Part shown: in pieces, positions 36,701-49,388 of the stretch
Numbering within the stretch: the stretch's first letter is position 1
How the letters are laid out: each line of letters begins with the position of its first letter
Source of the DNA: Macrostomum lignano
Lineage: Eukaryota
DNA: 64,000 bases
Direction of reading: 5' to 3'
Assembly (NCBI GenBank): GCA_002269645.1
Contig: NIVC01001991.1
Coordinates: 45,569 to 109,568 of the forward strand
The notes under the pieces: model-generated
What the model saw: only the letters and a program-made list of their open reading frames with translations
Told to the model about the DNA's origin: nothing
The model's database searches: none
Made by a program: the position numbers and the translations under genes

Positions 36701-39700
36701 GCCAGCACTGCCAGCCAAGCTCAGCACAATAACTCATGCATTTCGTGCTATTTAGAAATCAATAAGACAATAACCCTCCTCATTGTGCTGACGCGGATGA
36801 AAAGTTCGCTAAGTCCTTTTTGTGACATACAAGAATTGTAGCGCTCAGAAAATATTTTATGGCCCTAGCGGAGCGCAGCCGTTATCAGATAATTATACCA
36901 ATCAATATAAAATTTGTGGGTCACAAATTACAACCCCGGTCGGGTTAAAGGAGATAACAAGCATTTACTGCCTAAATCAGGAGTCTCGGAGTCATAATGA
37001 TTCAGCTAAACTTTAATTATCTGGTCGGCCCATTTAACCAACAAATACGTTATTGGCCCAGTAGTCTCCGTGGGGCAAGGGCTGAGTTAAGTATCAGGAG
37101 GGCATGAGCCAACTGATTGTGGGGTGGTGGGTGAGGGCAGAACAGATTAAGTATCAGGAGGGCATGAGCCAACTGATTGTGGGGTGATGGGTGAGGGCAG
37201 AACAGACAAACCATTAAGTATCAGGAGGGCATGAGCCAACTGATTGTGGGGTGGTGGGTGAGGGCAAAACAGACAAACCATTAAGTATCAGGAGGGCATG
37301 AGCCAACTGATTGTGGGGTGGTGGGTGAGGGCAGAACAGACAAACCATTAAATATCAGGAGGGCATGAGCGAACTGATTGTGGGGTAGTGGGTGAGGGCA
37401 GAACAGACAAACCATTAAGTATCAGGAGGGCATGAGCCAACTGATCGTAGGGTGGTGGGTGAGGGCAAAACAGACAAACCATTAAGTATCAGGAGGGCAT
37501 GAGCCAACTGATTGTGGGGTGGTGGGTGAGGGCAGAACAGACAAACCATTAAATATCAGGAGGGCATGAGCCAACTGATTGTGGGGTGGTGGGTGAGGGC
37601 AGAACAGACAAACCATTAAGTATCAGGAGGGCATGAGCCAACTGATTGTGGGGTAGTGGGTGAGGGCAAAACAGACAAACCATTAAGTATCAGGAGGGCA
37701 TGAGCCAACTGATTGTGGGGTGGTGGGTGAGGGCAAAATAGACAAACCATTAAGTATCAGGAGGGCATGAGCCAACTGATTGTGGGGTGGTGGGTGAGGG
37801 CAAAACAGACAAACCATTAAGTATCAGGAGGGCATGAGCCAACTGATTGTGGGGTAGTGGGTGAGGGCAAAACAGACAAACCATTAAGTATCAGGAGGGC
37901 ATGAGCCAACTGATTGTGGGGTAGTGGGTGAGGGCAAAACAGACAAACCATTAAGTATCAGGAGGGCATGAGCCAACTGATTGTGGGGTAGTGGGTGAGG
38001 GCAAAACAGACAAACCATTAAGTATCAGGAGGGCATGAGCCAACTGATTGTGGGGTGGTGGGTGAGGGCAAAACAGACAAACCATTAAGTATCAGGAGGG
38101 CATGAGCCAACTGATCGTAGGGTGGTGGGTGAGGGCAAAACAGACAAACCATTAAGTATCAGGAGGGCATGAGCCAACTGATCGTAGGGTGGTGGGTGAG
38201 GGCAAAACAGACAAACCATTAAGTATCAGGAGGGCATGAGCGAACTGATTGTGGGGTAGTGGGTGAGGGCAAAACAGACAAACCATTAAGTATCAGGAGG
38301 ACATGAGCCAACTGATCGTAGGGTGGTGGGTGAGGGCAAAACAGACAAACCATTAAGTATCAGGAGGGCATGAGCCAACTGATTGTGGGGTAGTGGGTGA
38401 GGGCAAAACAGACACAACTTTCTACTTTATACAAATTTTATACTGTCTAAAAATTTTACTATTTGGCGATTAAGACAGCAGTTAGCAGGAATCTCAGTGG
38501 ATACAAGGTTCAAGGATACAAGGTCAATAAGATTATGGTGAAGTAGGCACTTCACCATAAAAACTGATCATCAACCTCTTGTGCGACTTTTTGGCGACAG
38601 CATCCCAATGAATACCTCGGCCCGGATCGGTCGATGGGCACTGGCTCTCATGCAATTCGATTTCAGCATTCAATACGCAAGCGGTCCCTCCATACCGCAT
38701 GCAGACGCTCTTTCTCGCCTACGTTTTAACGATGTATCAGTGGATTCGCCACAGCTGTTTGAGGCCATTAACTGTGTCACCTTTGAGACATCAACCATTG
38801 ATCCGCGCCGAATTATCGCTGAGATGGACACGGATCCGTTCATTCAACGCATTTTGCAACGTGTTCGATCTGGCCAATGGCGGGACTGCTCGCAAGCGGA
38901 GGCCCAATTCAAGAAGCATGCGGAGCAGTTAACGCTGGAGGACGGCCTTCTTTTCATGCAGAGACGAGTGTTCATCCCTATGCGGCTTCGACGGGAAGCC
39001 TTCGCGGCCATCCACGACACGCATTCAGGGGCCCATGCTTCGTATAATCTGTTGGCAGCGACCTGCTGGTGGCCTGGAATGCAAAGTGACGTCGACGTAT
39101 TCGTGAGGCAATGCTCGGGTTGCAATCAACTTAGACCGAGATTTGCCAAGGCCCGGGATGTCTGGCCAGCGCCAGCACACCCGTTTCAACGAATTCATAT
39201 AGACTGGGCATATATCAAGGACGCCGGGAACGTGCTCATTATCGTGGACGCCTTCTCTGGGTGGATTGAAGCATTTCCCTGTTCCAGTCGGTCAGGCGAA
39301 AACATCATCGCTTCTTTGCGCACTGTGTTCTCTCGGTTCGGCGTATCCGAAACTGTGGTGTCAGACAACGCTCCAGAATTCACAGGCGATCCTGTTGGCA
39401 CCTGGCTGAAAGCTAATGGCGTGACAAAACTGGAATCCCCTCCATATTATCCTCAAGCGAACGGATCAGCGGAACGAGCAGTTCAAACCGTGAAGGCTGC
39501 ATTGCGCTCCTGGACTGAGCGCATCACCCGCCTGCCGTTCATCCCTTTTCTGCAGAAGGTACTTATGCATCACCGCAACTCCGCCATGAGTCGAGGAAAA
39601 AGCCCGGCCGAGGTGGTTTTTGGACGACGACTGTGAGTTCCTGTGGTTTCAGCATTCGACCAAGGTGAGCCTGTTCTGTACAAACCATCGGATGCTGTTG

Positions 39701-42700
39701 GACAGCCTGAAAAATTCCTGATGACCGCGGGACGCAACACAGCCTGGGTTTTGGCGAATGGCCGCCTACAGTTTGCTAGCACCAACCAAATCGCTCCATA
39801 CTATGGTGCTGACGTCGACGATGGTGAGGAGGAAGAGGGTGATGCTACACCGACAACGACCCCGGATGACAATGGACAGCATCCAACGTCTACGCTGAGA
39901 CGGAGCTCACGCGTTCGGCAGCAACCGAACAGATTCACGCCATAAACTCAGAATTCATACCTATTAACTAGCTAAGATCGTCACTAAGGACATGCGCTTA
40001 CTGTTTACTGATATTTAAACTGTTTCACTATACACGTACTTGTTGCGGCTCCTGTTCGGAGGGGGACATGAAGTGCATTGTAAATGCACTTAATACTTGT
40101 AGCTCATACTCGTACTATGCTGATTAGCGTTTCCCTGTTATTGCCCCATTCATTTATGTCTATGACTGCGACTTAGAATCCTCGTTATTGCCTTCCCCCG
40201 AGCGTGTCTTCTCTCTAAGCAACTCGTCGGCACGAAGCTACTCGTATTGCAGCGCAAATATAAAGCAAAGATTAAGACAGCAATCAAACATAAAGCACAG
40301 AATTACAAGATACAACACTATTTGGCGATTAAGACAGCAGTTACGAGTAGCAGGAACCTCAGTGGAATACTTTTATCTGACAGCTAGTGATTCAGAATCC
40401 CCACGTCATAGCTTCTGAATGCGGGGCATCGAGGGGCCGCTTGAGAAATTTTGCTGTTTGCAGAGCTGGGCGAGTTCCTGTTTCCCATAAAGCAGCGATT
40501 AAAACGAGGAGTCCGGCTTTGCATGCTCGCGGATAAGAACAGTTATTCAAAAATGCCCTGCCCAGTGGGAGAAAATGGGACGGGATATTTTGGATAGAGG
40601 ATACGGAAGACAGAAGAGAAATTGAGATCCGAAACGAAGCCGAATATAGGAGCAGAAAAGTGGGGAAGAAGAGCCCATTGACTACTCGACTGCGGCTGCC
40701 TATCTACCCTCCCCCTCCCCTACTCGCGCTGCTGGCTTCTGATTGACTTCGCCAATAATTTATGGAGCGCAGCCTCGTCTTTTTTCAACGCACTGAAAAT
40801 GTCCTTTTAAGTCCCGGACGAAACCTGATGCGCTGCCAGGCATCTGCCGAGGATGTGATATTATTTTTCCATTATGCCGGAGCTTTCCGATCTGCGTGGG
40901 GTTGGATTTATTTGCAGAGGGTAAATAGTTATAAGCTGCAATTCCATTCGATTGTAGCGACACTTTTGCGTTACCTCTAGTAGACCTTGAAGTTATCAGA
41001 TTGCAAAATTCTTACTGTGGCGGAGCAGCTCAGCGCGAAAACGCATCCGACTCTCACGACCACACTGGCTGTACGAACACTTTCCTTGCGACCAACCCAA
41101 GAAACCCCCAAAAGTGCGTGCATGCCTGGCTGAGAAGGTCAGGACAGAACAGGTTCTAAAGTGGCTTTCAAATTGTTCTAAAATTACAAACTTCATACAA
41201 TGGCAACATTCGCGTGTCCAAATTCTAAAGTAGCATTTTTTTATTTAAGAATTCGAGCATTCATATCAAGACACAGCCAATCATATTCAACCAATGATTC
41301 TACTTACGTATATGTTCGGAACACTGTCCACGGTCTGTGGCATCTGCTCGATGTCTTAAATCTCTCAAGGTCTACGGCTTTGTCCATAGACAGTCGTCGA
41401 AGCCAGGGTTGAATATGGTTGGCCATGGCTGGCCATGGCGATTGATACACGTTTGGCTACTTCCGTTTAATGCACACTTCACCATAGAGACTCTTTAAGC
41501 GAGTGATAGCAGCTCTTCGAAGCAAAATTGCTTTTTTATTGCTGCCAGTATTATGGCTTATTGCGAGAAAAAAATAGGGTCAAAATGAGTTTATTAAACG
41601 TTTCTCTCGATCGAGTACTATGACCTCTCTATCTACCCTATACCTACAAGGCATTTGCCAATCGGTTCGAAATTTGTTAACTTCTGAAATGTAGGCAAGC
41701 CTTTTTGCGAAGAGGCTCCATACGAGTAATAGTAATTCTAGCGGGACTCTTGAGGGAGGATAGCGGGACCCTGAGGGAGGATAGCGGGACCCTGAGGGAG
41801 GATAGCGGGACTTTTGAGGGAGGATAGCGGGACTTTGAGGGAGGATAGCGGGACTTTTGAGGGAGGATAGCGGGACTTTTGAGGGAGGATAGCGGGACTT
41901 TTGAGGGAGGATAGCGGGACTTTTGAGGGAGGATAGCGGGACTTTGAGGGAGGATAGCGGGACTTTGAGGGAGGATAGCGGGACTTTGAGGGAGGATAGC
42001 GGAACTTTGAGGCAGGATAGCGGGACCCTGAGGGAGGATAGCGGGACTTTGAGGGAGGATAGCGGGACTTTGAGGGAGGATAGCGGGACTCTGAGGGAGG
42101 ATAGCGGGACTCTTGGGGGGGGGATAGCGGGACCCTGAGGGACAATGGCGGGACTCTGAGGTAGGATAGCGGGACTTTGAGGGAGTATAGCGGGACCCTG
42201 AATGAGGATAGCGGGATTCTGATGGGGTGTTAGCGGGACTCCTTTGAGGGAGCGCTAGCGGGACTCCTTTGAGGGAGCGCTAGCGGGACTCCTTTGAGGG
42301 AGTGCTAGCGGGACTCTTCGAGAGTGTTAGCGGGGCTCGTGTAGGGAGATTGGGGGGGGCTGTTAGGAAAAGGGATAGATAGCAGGAAAATATTATGAAA
42401 ATAATACGAAAATATGAGTTAGCAGAGCTTTAAATGTTTATAATTGAATGGGCACTTTGCCGGATGCTTGTTTGGCACTTTGTAACTTTGCAAGCTATAA
42501 GCAGAGTTCACTATGGTTTTAGCCTAGTGGTTAAAGCATCGGACTCACGACTGGAAGGTCGGGGGTTCGATTCTCGACCCACTTAGAACAATCTGTGTCC
42601 TTGAGCAAGACACTTAACTCTGCATTGCTTCAGTTCACCCAGCTGTAAAATGGGTGCCAGCATTAGCTGGGGTAATTGAGGGTGTGTGCGGCGACCACCC

Positions 42701-44428
42701 AGTCCTTGGACTGAACAGCCGTACGCAGCCTTCAGATGCGCCGCGCAATAGCTGCGGCTGAGCTGTCGGTTGCACATCTGCCCACTAGGGCAGGTATATT
42801 CAGTTATAAAGATAATTTAACACCGGCTATGACTTGGCATCGCTTCAAAGCTCCGCTTCGTCTGGAAAGCTTCGAGACACAGACCCGCCTGGTGTGTGGG
42901 AACCCAGCCGCTGCACCCTTCGTTCGCCATCTGGCATCCTCAGCTTCTTTATCTGAAAACTTTTTCCCTCTCCTTCCCCAGCAGGTGAACCCGTCATGGG
43001 TTTCCTCTGCAGCTTCCTGTCCACCTTGGGCTGAGCTGGCTTATCTCAGCTGCTGAGCTCGCTTATCAGTGCTGGCTTTTATCGGCTTAGCGTGCAGCTG
43101 GATTGGGGGGGGGGTGGGGAGATCGACAGCCTTCGCAGACCACCTGGCTCTCCCAGCATCTCACGTGTGACGCTGTTGTGTTGAGCTGTTCTGTTGCAGT
43201 CATTGCTGACCTGACCGAGAACTTTTTATTTCTATAGCAATAATTTTATTAGCTGTGGGTGCCCCGGGGAACCAGCAGGCACCCTTGACAACAAAACGTT
43301 GAAATTCGCACGAGCCTCCCTCCCTACGTCCACACAGGCGTCCGCTACCCGCTGCTGCGCAGGCGCATCTGCACCATGCGCAACGCTCGCCGGATCATCT
43401 TCATCCTGGTCACCATCAGCTACGCGCTCTGCCTGTGGAAGCCGTTCATGTCGGCCCCGCGTCAGGCCAGCGACAATGTCAGCGTCTGCCTGTCGAAGAC
43501 CGACAACCGGGTACTCGTGTTCGCCACCGACGCGGTCTACGCCGCACTGCTGACCGTCATCCCGTCTGCCATCATCTTCGTGTTCAACGCGCTGATCGCC
43601 CGCCAGCTGTTGGTGGTTCGCCACCGCGGATCGTCCGGCAGCAACGCGGAGCGGGCGAACCACGACGTGGCTGGACAGCAGTTCGCCATCCTCCTGGTGC
43701 TGGTGTCCACCGCCTTCCTGCTGCTCACCTGCCCCTACTATGCCGTCTGGCTGGCCAGCTTCGTCATCAAATTCAAGGTGATGCGCAGCGTGTCGACTAC
43801 GGGAATCTTCAACATGAGCGACAGCGGCGACGGCCTCCGCCAGAGCCACTACGACAGCGCCCTGACGGTGACGCGCACCATCTACTACCTCACCTACAGC
43901 GTGAATTTCTTTCTCTATTCCTACGCTAGCGCCTATTTCCGCACAGAAATGAAGCGGATGTTCACCGTGAAGCAGACCAGAGACCGGGCCAGGCGGTTCT
44001 ACCGGCGTCATCACCACGGCAGCCAGCAGCAGCAGCAGCAGCTGGACGGAGCGACTCCGGCTGGAGCGGCGACCAGCGCGGCAGGCAACGGCGGGGGGCC
44101 GAGCGGCCCCAGCGGGCGGCTGCAGTTCACCATGAGCCGGCCCAGCAGCAGCTGCGATCCCAGCAGCTATGCCGGCCTGCTGGACAGGTACAAGAAGATG
44201 ACCATCAAACGGATGCCCACAATGCGAAAGCCTGCCGACCCGCAGCAGCAGCAGCAGCAGCAGCAGCAACCGGAGGAACAGCAGCAGCAGACATCGTCTC
44301 CCCAATCTTCAAAGCAACAGAAGCAGCAAAAGCAGCAAAAACAAAAGCAACAGCAGAAGCTAACGGAGGTAGTTAAGGCCGATTTGCACAGCTGTCATGC
44401 CATCGAAGAGGCCAGCAACAGTGGCTAA
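33736..44428 (+). CDS. Rhodopsin-class (class A) neuropeptide-type GPCR, 2 exons, about 518 aa, polyQ C-tail
   Basis: Exons 33736-34201 and 43338-44428 (1557 nt). TM1 GCVGN, TM2 LSGAD, TM3 TVERF|GVRYPL, TM6 FLLLTCPYY, TM7 YSVNFFLY. The 9.1-kb intron falls just after the ERF motif. Confidence 0.9.
34585..35345. repeat. 21-bp minisatellite in the GPCR intron
   Basis: GCCTGCAGCGCCAAAATGAGT units. Confidence 0.95.
37085..38412. repeat. 67-bp minisatellite
   Basis: AAGTATCAGGAGGGCATGAGCCAACTGATTGTGGGGTGGTGGGTGAGGGCAAAACAGACAAACCATT units. Confidence 0.95.
38458..40365 (+). mobile_element. Internally deleted Ty3/gypsy LTR retrotransposon unit (RNase H end + integrase + PPT + putative single LTR)
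   Basis: From about 38545: FTIKTDHQPL, RWALAL..HADALSR, zinc finger H..HSG..CSGC, RIHIDW, IIVDAFSGWIEA, SDNAPEF, PQANGSAERAVQT, LRRSSRVRQQPNRF. One in-frame TGA at 39634. Purine tract GGAGGGGGACA 40058-40068 followed by TG..CA 40069-40317. Confidence 0.88.
41740..42320. repeat. 21-22-bp minisatellite
   Basis: GAGGGAGGATAGCGGGACTTT units. Confidence 0.93.
42515..42680 (+). mobile_element. tRNA-derived CORE-type SINE
   Basis: A box TAGCCTAGTGG (42520) and B box GGTTCGATTC (42564), followed by TGTGTCCTTGAGCAAGACACTTAAC..CAGTT..CTGTAAAATGGG, which resembles the MIR/CORE domain. 3' end not defined. Confidence 0.75.
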
Positions 44429-44812
44429 ACAGAGATGACTCAATTTGAATTTCGCGGACTGTAGTAATGACCGCTATAGAATTAACGGCAACTATCACAC
44501 TTTTAATGGCCCTTGGTTTGATTGATTCAAAGTCGTAAACTTGCCCCGAAAGAAAATTTTCCTAGCAGCAAATTACCGTTAATTAGTAGCTGTTGCTCGT
44601 GTGATTCACTTACTATTTATTGTATTGCTATTAATCGGATTTTTTGTAATTTTTTCATAAAAGCCTCATTGTTGTCAGCCGGTCAATGTTAAATGTTTAA
44701 TATACCGGGTTAGTGCATAAGTAACTATACACCTTGGCATCGGCTAAAGTTTTAGTTGTATAGTTTTTGTGTATCACCCGGTATGTACGCTCGTACATAT
44801 ACAATGGAATAG

Positions 44813-45395
44813 TTTGGCCATAGACAACAAAGCACAAAAGCACGGCAGGAGAGTGTAACAACGCCGATAACACGAGTGTCTGTTTTAGATTGTCTATGGT
44901 TTTGGGGGTGGACAATGGTAGATTGTCTATTCTTTTGAAATAGAAAATGGAAGATTTTCTATGGTTTTAGAGGTAGACAATTCTTGATTGTCTATATTTT
45001 TGGGACGGTTTTCAAGGTAGACAATGGTAGATTGTGTCTATGGTTTTGAAAGTAGACAATGGTACTAGATTGTGTCTATGGCTTTGGAGCTAGACAATGG
45101 TAGATTGTGTCTATGGTTTTGAAAGTAGACAATGGTAGATTGTGTCTATGGTTTTGGTAATAGACAATGGTAGATTGTGTCTATGGTTTTGGAGCTAGAC
45201 AATGGTAGATTGTGTCTACGGTTTTGAAAGTAGACAATGGTACTAGATTGTGTCTATGGTTTTGAAAGTAGACAATGGTACTAGATTGTGTCTATGGCTT
45301 TGGAGGTACTGTTCGAATTTTTCAGGATAGAGGAAGCAGCAGTAACAATTAACATTTATATTAGCCATTCAGCGTGACAGTTGTCTATGGCCAAA
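44813..45395. mobile_element. MITE with 16-bp TIR enclosing a minisatellite
   Basis: TTTGGCCATAGACAAC (44813-44828) and GTTGTCTATGGCCAAA (45380-45395) are perfect inverted repeats around a GTAGACAATGGTAGATTGTGTCTATGGTTTTG array (about 44890-45303). TSD not identified. Confidence 0.7.
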
Positions 45396-46149
45396 GCTCA
45401 CTAACTCCATAGTCCTATAGAAAGTACAAAATGTACGCGGTTCTCACTCGGCCAGACAAATCAGGCTTTCTTTGCCTCTTGCAAAAGTATTTTTGCTTTA
45501 GCCTCTCTTTATGTTGTTGCTTGTTACCAATATTTTACTTATTCCAGTGCAATGTTGTCGTATGTTAATCAATACGAGTAGATACTGAAAATGCGTATTT
45601 TTGATGGAGCTTTTGTCACCGTTTTCAGTGTTTTTTTTTCAATTGTTATCTTTCTGTATTTTATCATAATTTGCGCACTAAAATTAAAAATTTACTTTTT
45701 TGACGCATAGTCGTCAGTTGGCTTCTTTGTCAGTAATTATTTTGCTGTCCACAGGCACCATATTGTGTAGCTAAGCGTTGTCGTGTGGTGAAACAAATAA
45801 GCACCTTTGCTTTGGCGGTGTATACTCTGTAAACGAAAGTTGCAACCGAAAGAAAAATCAGACCCTTTGAAAAATAAACGATAGAATTTGTCGCAGCGAG
45901 CGAATGTTCAACTTTCAAAACATGCTCACTTTTGGATCTGTTTTCTTAATTTTACTGGCTTTTAGTTGCCAGCCTTAATACTAACAATAGGCTACAGGTG
46001 ACTCTATGGACACCCTGTTGTATATTTCTTTGATGTCGCTTAACTATTATTAACTTATTACTTATTCTACCAGCGTAGTATCTGTGGATGGAACCGAATA
46101 GGGCTCAGGACAGAGTAGAACAAGAGTTATTGCTGGGGGGACACCGGAT

Positions 46150-46548
46150 GATATGGGATGGGACGATGGGATAAGATACATGTAAACTGAGATAGGATGG
46201 GATGGAATGGGATCAGATTCGATAGAATGGAATTGAACGCGATAGGAGGGGATGGGATGGGAAGGGATGGGATGGAATAGAATGGGATATAATGAAATGC
46301 GATGGGATGGATAATGAAGTGGGATGGGATGAGATGGTATGAGATGGGATGGGATCAGATGGGATGGGATCAGATGGGATGGGATAGGACGGTATGGTAC
46401 GATGGGATGGGATGGGATGGAAGGAAATGCGATGGGATGGGATAATGAGATAGGACTGGATGAGATCGGATGGGATGGAATGAGATGGTATGTGATGGAA
46501 TGGGGTGGATGAGATGGGTTGGGATGAGATGGAATGGGATGGGATGAT
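46150..46548. repeat. Degenerate (GATGG)n repeat
   Basis: Pentamer GATGG/GAATG runs. Confidence 0.85.
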
Positions 46549-47109
46549 ATTTTTGAGGATAATATCGAATAGTATTTATCATGCTAGGAGAGGGATCTAG
46601 ACAAGCTGGGGAATAGCAGCCGCCCAAAAAAGACGCCACTGACTGACAGACATTCGGGCAAGCCAGAGACACAGACAGGCGATATTCCTGTGCCTCAAAG
46701 GACAGCCTTGGGCAGACAGTAACTAACGGACACGAATCTATTAGCAGTAGGCAGCGAGCCTTGTTGCGATGGCCGTGTCAAATCTGACTGCCCCTCCTGC
46801 ACTTCCATATGCGAGCGCATGTCATGCCAGCCGAATTAGGCCAGGCAGTTAAACGAGATTGCGCTAGCAATGCAATTCAATATCAAGGTATATGCTTGGG
46901 AAAGTAAAGCTGCTCAAGTTTTTCAGCTGAGCAATCTGGAGATCTGGAGCTCGAGACTTCGTGATTAATACAAGATTATCGCACTGAGATATGCGATCTA
47001 TGTTGAGACTGCTTTGACGGTGAATCAAGATTCACTTAGTGCTTAAAGCAGGACATTGTAAATAGTCTTAAACCCTGCTAATCAGAGCGCGTCTCTCCCC
47101 CCAAATAGC

Positions 47110-48332
47110 CACTGTAACATCCCTGTAGCTACTGTAACATCCCTATAGCTACATGAGCATTCCCACAGCTACTGTAACATACCCACAGCTACTGTAACAT
47201 CCCCACAGCTACTGTAACATCCCCACAGCTACTGTACCATCCCCACAGCTACTGTAACATCCCTATAGCTACTGTAACACCCCGATTGCTACTGTAACAT
47301 CCCTATAGCTATTGTAACATCCCTATAGCTACTGTAACACCCCGATTGCTACTGTAACATCCCCATAGCTACTGTAACATCCCCATAGCTACTGTAACAT
47401 CCCCATAGCTACTGTAACATCCCCATAGCTACTGTAACATCCCTATAGCTACTGTAACATCCCCACAGCTACTGTAACATCCCTATAGCTACTGTAACAT
47501 CCCCATAGCTACTGTAACATCCCCATAGCTACTGTAACACCCCGATTGCTACTGTAACATCCCCATAGCTACTGTAACATCCCCATAGCTACTGTAACAT
47601 CCCCATAGCTACTGTAACATCCCTATAGCTACTGTAACATCCCCACAGCTACTGTAACATCCCTATAGCTACTGTAACACCCCGATTGCTACTGTAACAT
47701 CCCCATAGCTACTGTAACATCCCCATAGCTACTGTAACATCCCCATAGCTACTGTAACATCCCCATAGCTACTGTAACATCCCTATAGCTACTGTAACAT
47801 CCCCACAGCTACTGTAACATCCCCACAGCTACTGTAACATCCCTATAGCTACTGTAACATCCCCACAGCTACTGTAACATCCCGATTGCTACTGTAACAT
47901 CCTCATAGGTACTGTAACATCCCCACAGCTACTGTAACATCCTCATAGGTACTGTAACATCCCCATAGCTACTGTAACATCCTCATAGCTACTGTAACAT
48001 CCCCACAGCTACTGTAACATCCCGATTTCTACTGTAACATCCTCATAGGTACTGTAACATCCCCATAGCTACTGTAACACCCCCAAAACTACTGTAACAT
48101 CCCGATTGCTACTGTAACATCCTCATAGGTACTGTAACATCCTCATAGGTACTGTAACATCCCCATAGCTACTGTAACATCCCCATAGCTACTGTAACAT
48201 CCCCATAGCTACTGTAACATCCTCATAGCTACTGTAACATCCCCATAGCTACTGTAACATCCCCATAGCTACTGTAACATCCCCACAGCTACTGTAACAT
48301 CCCCATAGCTACTGTAACATCCCCATAGCTCT
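47110..48332. repeat. 20-bp minisatellite
   Basis: AGCTACTGTAACATCCCCAT units with strict 20-bp phase. Confidence 0.95.
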
Positions 48333-48999
48333 GTAGAGTCCCTGAATCAGCATTACGAAAGAATACAGAAAGCCAAGTATGCGAAGCTAATAAAAGCTGA
48401 AGTAATTGATTAGAAGTGACACAAGAATTTCGACAGTCTCAAAGCCAATCAAATTAATATATAACATAATATGTATTTATTTATATCATATAATATATAT
48501 ATTGCAATGGCCACAAATAAAAGACACAGCAGTAGATGATAGACATACACAAGGAGAGTTAGGAGCAGCTTGCTAAAACACACAGCTAAAAAAGAATATA
48601 CAAACAGCTAAAGCTATATAGATGAGAATCTCACTTGTCTCAGTTCTCCCCACCCCTCTCCGCGCGAATGAGGACTTGATCGGGTAAGAGAATAAAAAAT
48701 GCATGACGCTGCGTTCGGTTTTTATGCGTGTTACGAAGATTAAAACCGCTTGGAGAACGCGAACAAAGAGCTGATACGAGAGAGAGAGAGGGAGAGAGAG
48801 AGAGGGAGAGAGAGAGAGAGAGAGAGAGAAGCGCCGATTGAACGGACGAATTAGTGTTACGCTCGTATTTTTAGAGTGTGACGTCACACGAAGCAATATT
48901 TCTAATATGCTACTTATAATATCTATTATATTGCAGGATCGCAAAAATATGGGACACTTATTCCTCAACAATATGCGCAAAATTTATCATAAGCAAGTG

Positions 49000-49388
49000 G
49001 GTCAAGTGACCCCCCATGGCTCTAGTCAGTTTTGTAAGTGGGTCAAGTGACCCCCTCCCCATGGCTCTAGTCAGTTTTGCAAGTGGGTCAAGTGACCCCC
49101 CATGGCTCTAGTCAGTTTTGTAAGTGGGTCAAGTGACCCCCCATGGCTCTAGTCAGTTTTGTAAGTGGGTCGAGTGACTCCCTATCGCTCTAGTCAGTTT
49201 TGTAAGTGGGTCGAGTGACTCCCTATCGCTCTAGTCAGTTTTGTAAGTGGGTCGAGTGACTCCCTATCGCTCTAGTCAGTTTTGTAAGTGGGTCAAGTGA
49301 CCCCCCATGGCTCTAGTCAGTTTTGTAAGTGGGTCAAGTGACCCCCCATGGCTCTAGTCAGTTTTGTAAGTGGGTCAAGTGACCCCCA
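49000..49388. repeat. 41-bp minisatellite
   Basis: GTGGGTCAAGTGACCCCCCATGGCTCTAGTCAGTTTTGTAA units. Confidence 0.92.

Noticed and set aside
37085-38412. Possible CRISPR array (regular 67-bp period)
   Set aside because: No unique spacers, eukaryotic context and no cas genes. The same applies to all other arrays.
42515-42590. tRNA gene
   Set aside because: A and B boxes are present but there is no convincing cloverleaf, and it runs into a SINE core. The heads at 10635, 19389 and 20625 are likewise degenerate.
43232-44305. 357-aa antisense ORF, and similar shadow ORFs over PGD, DAXX and FNDC3 exons
   Set aside because: Typical stop-poor antisense or alternate frames of GC-rich coding exons.
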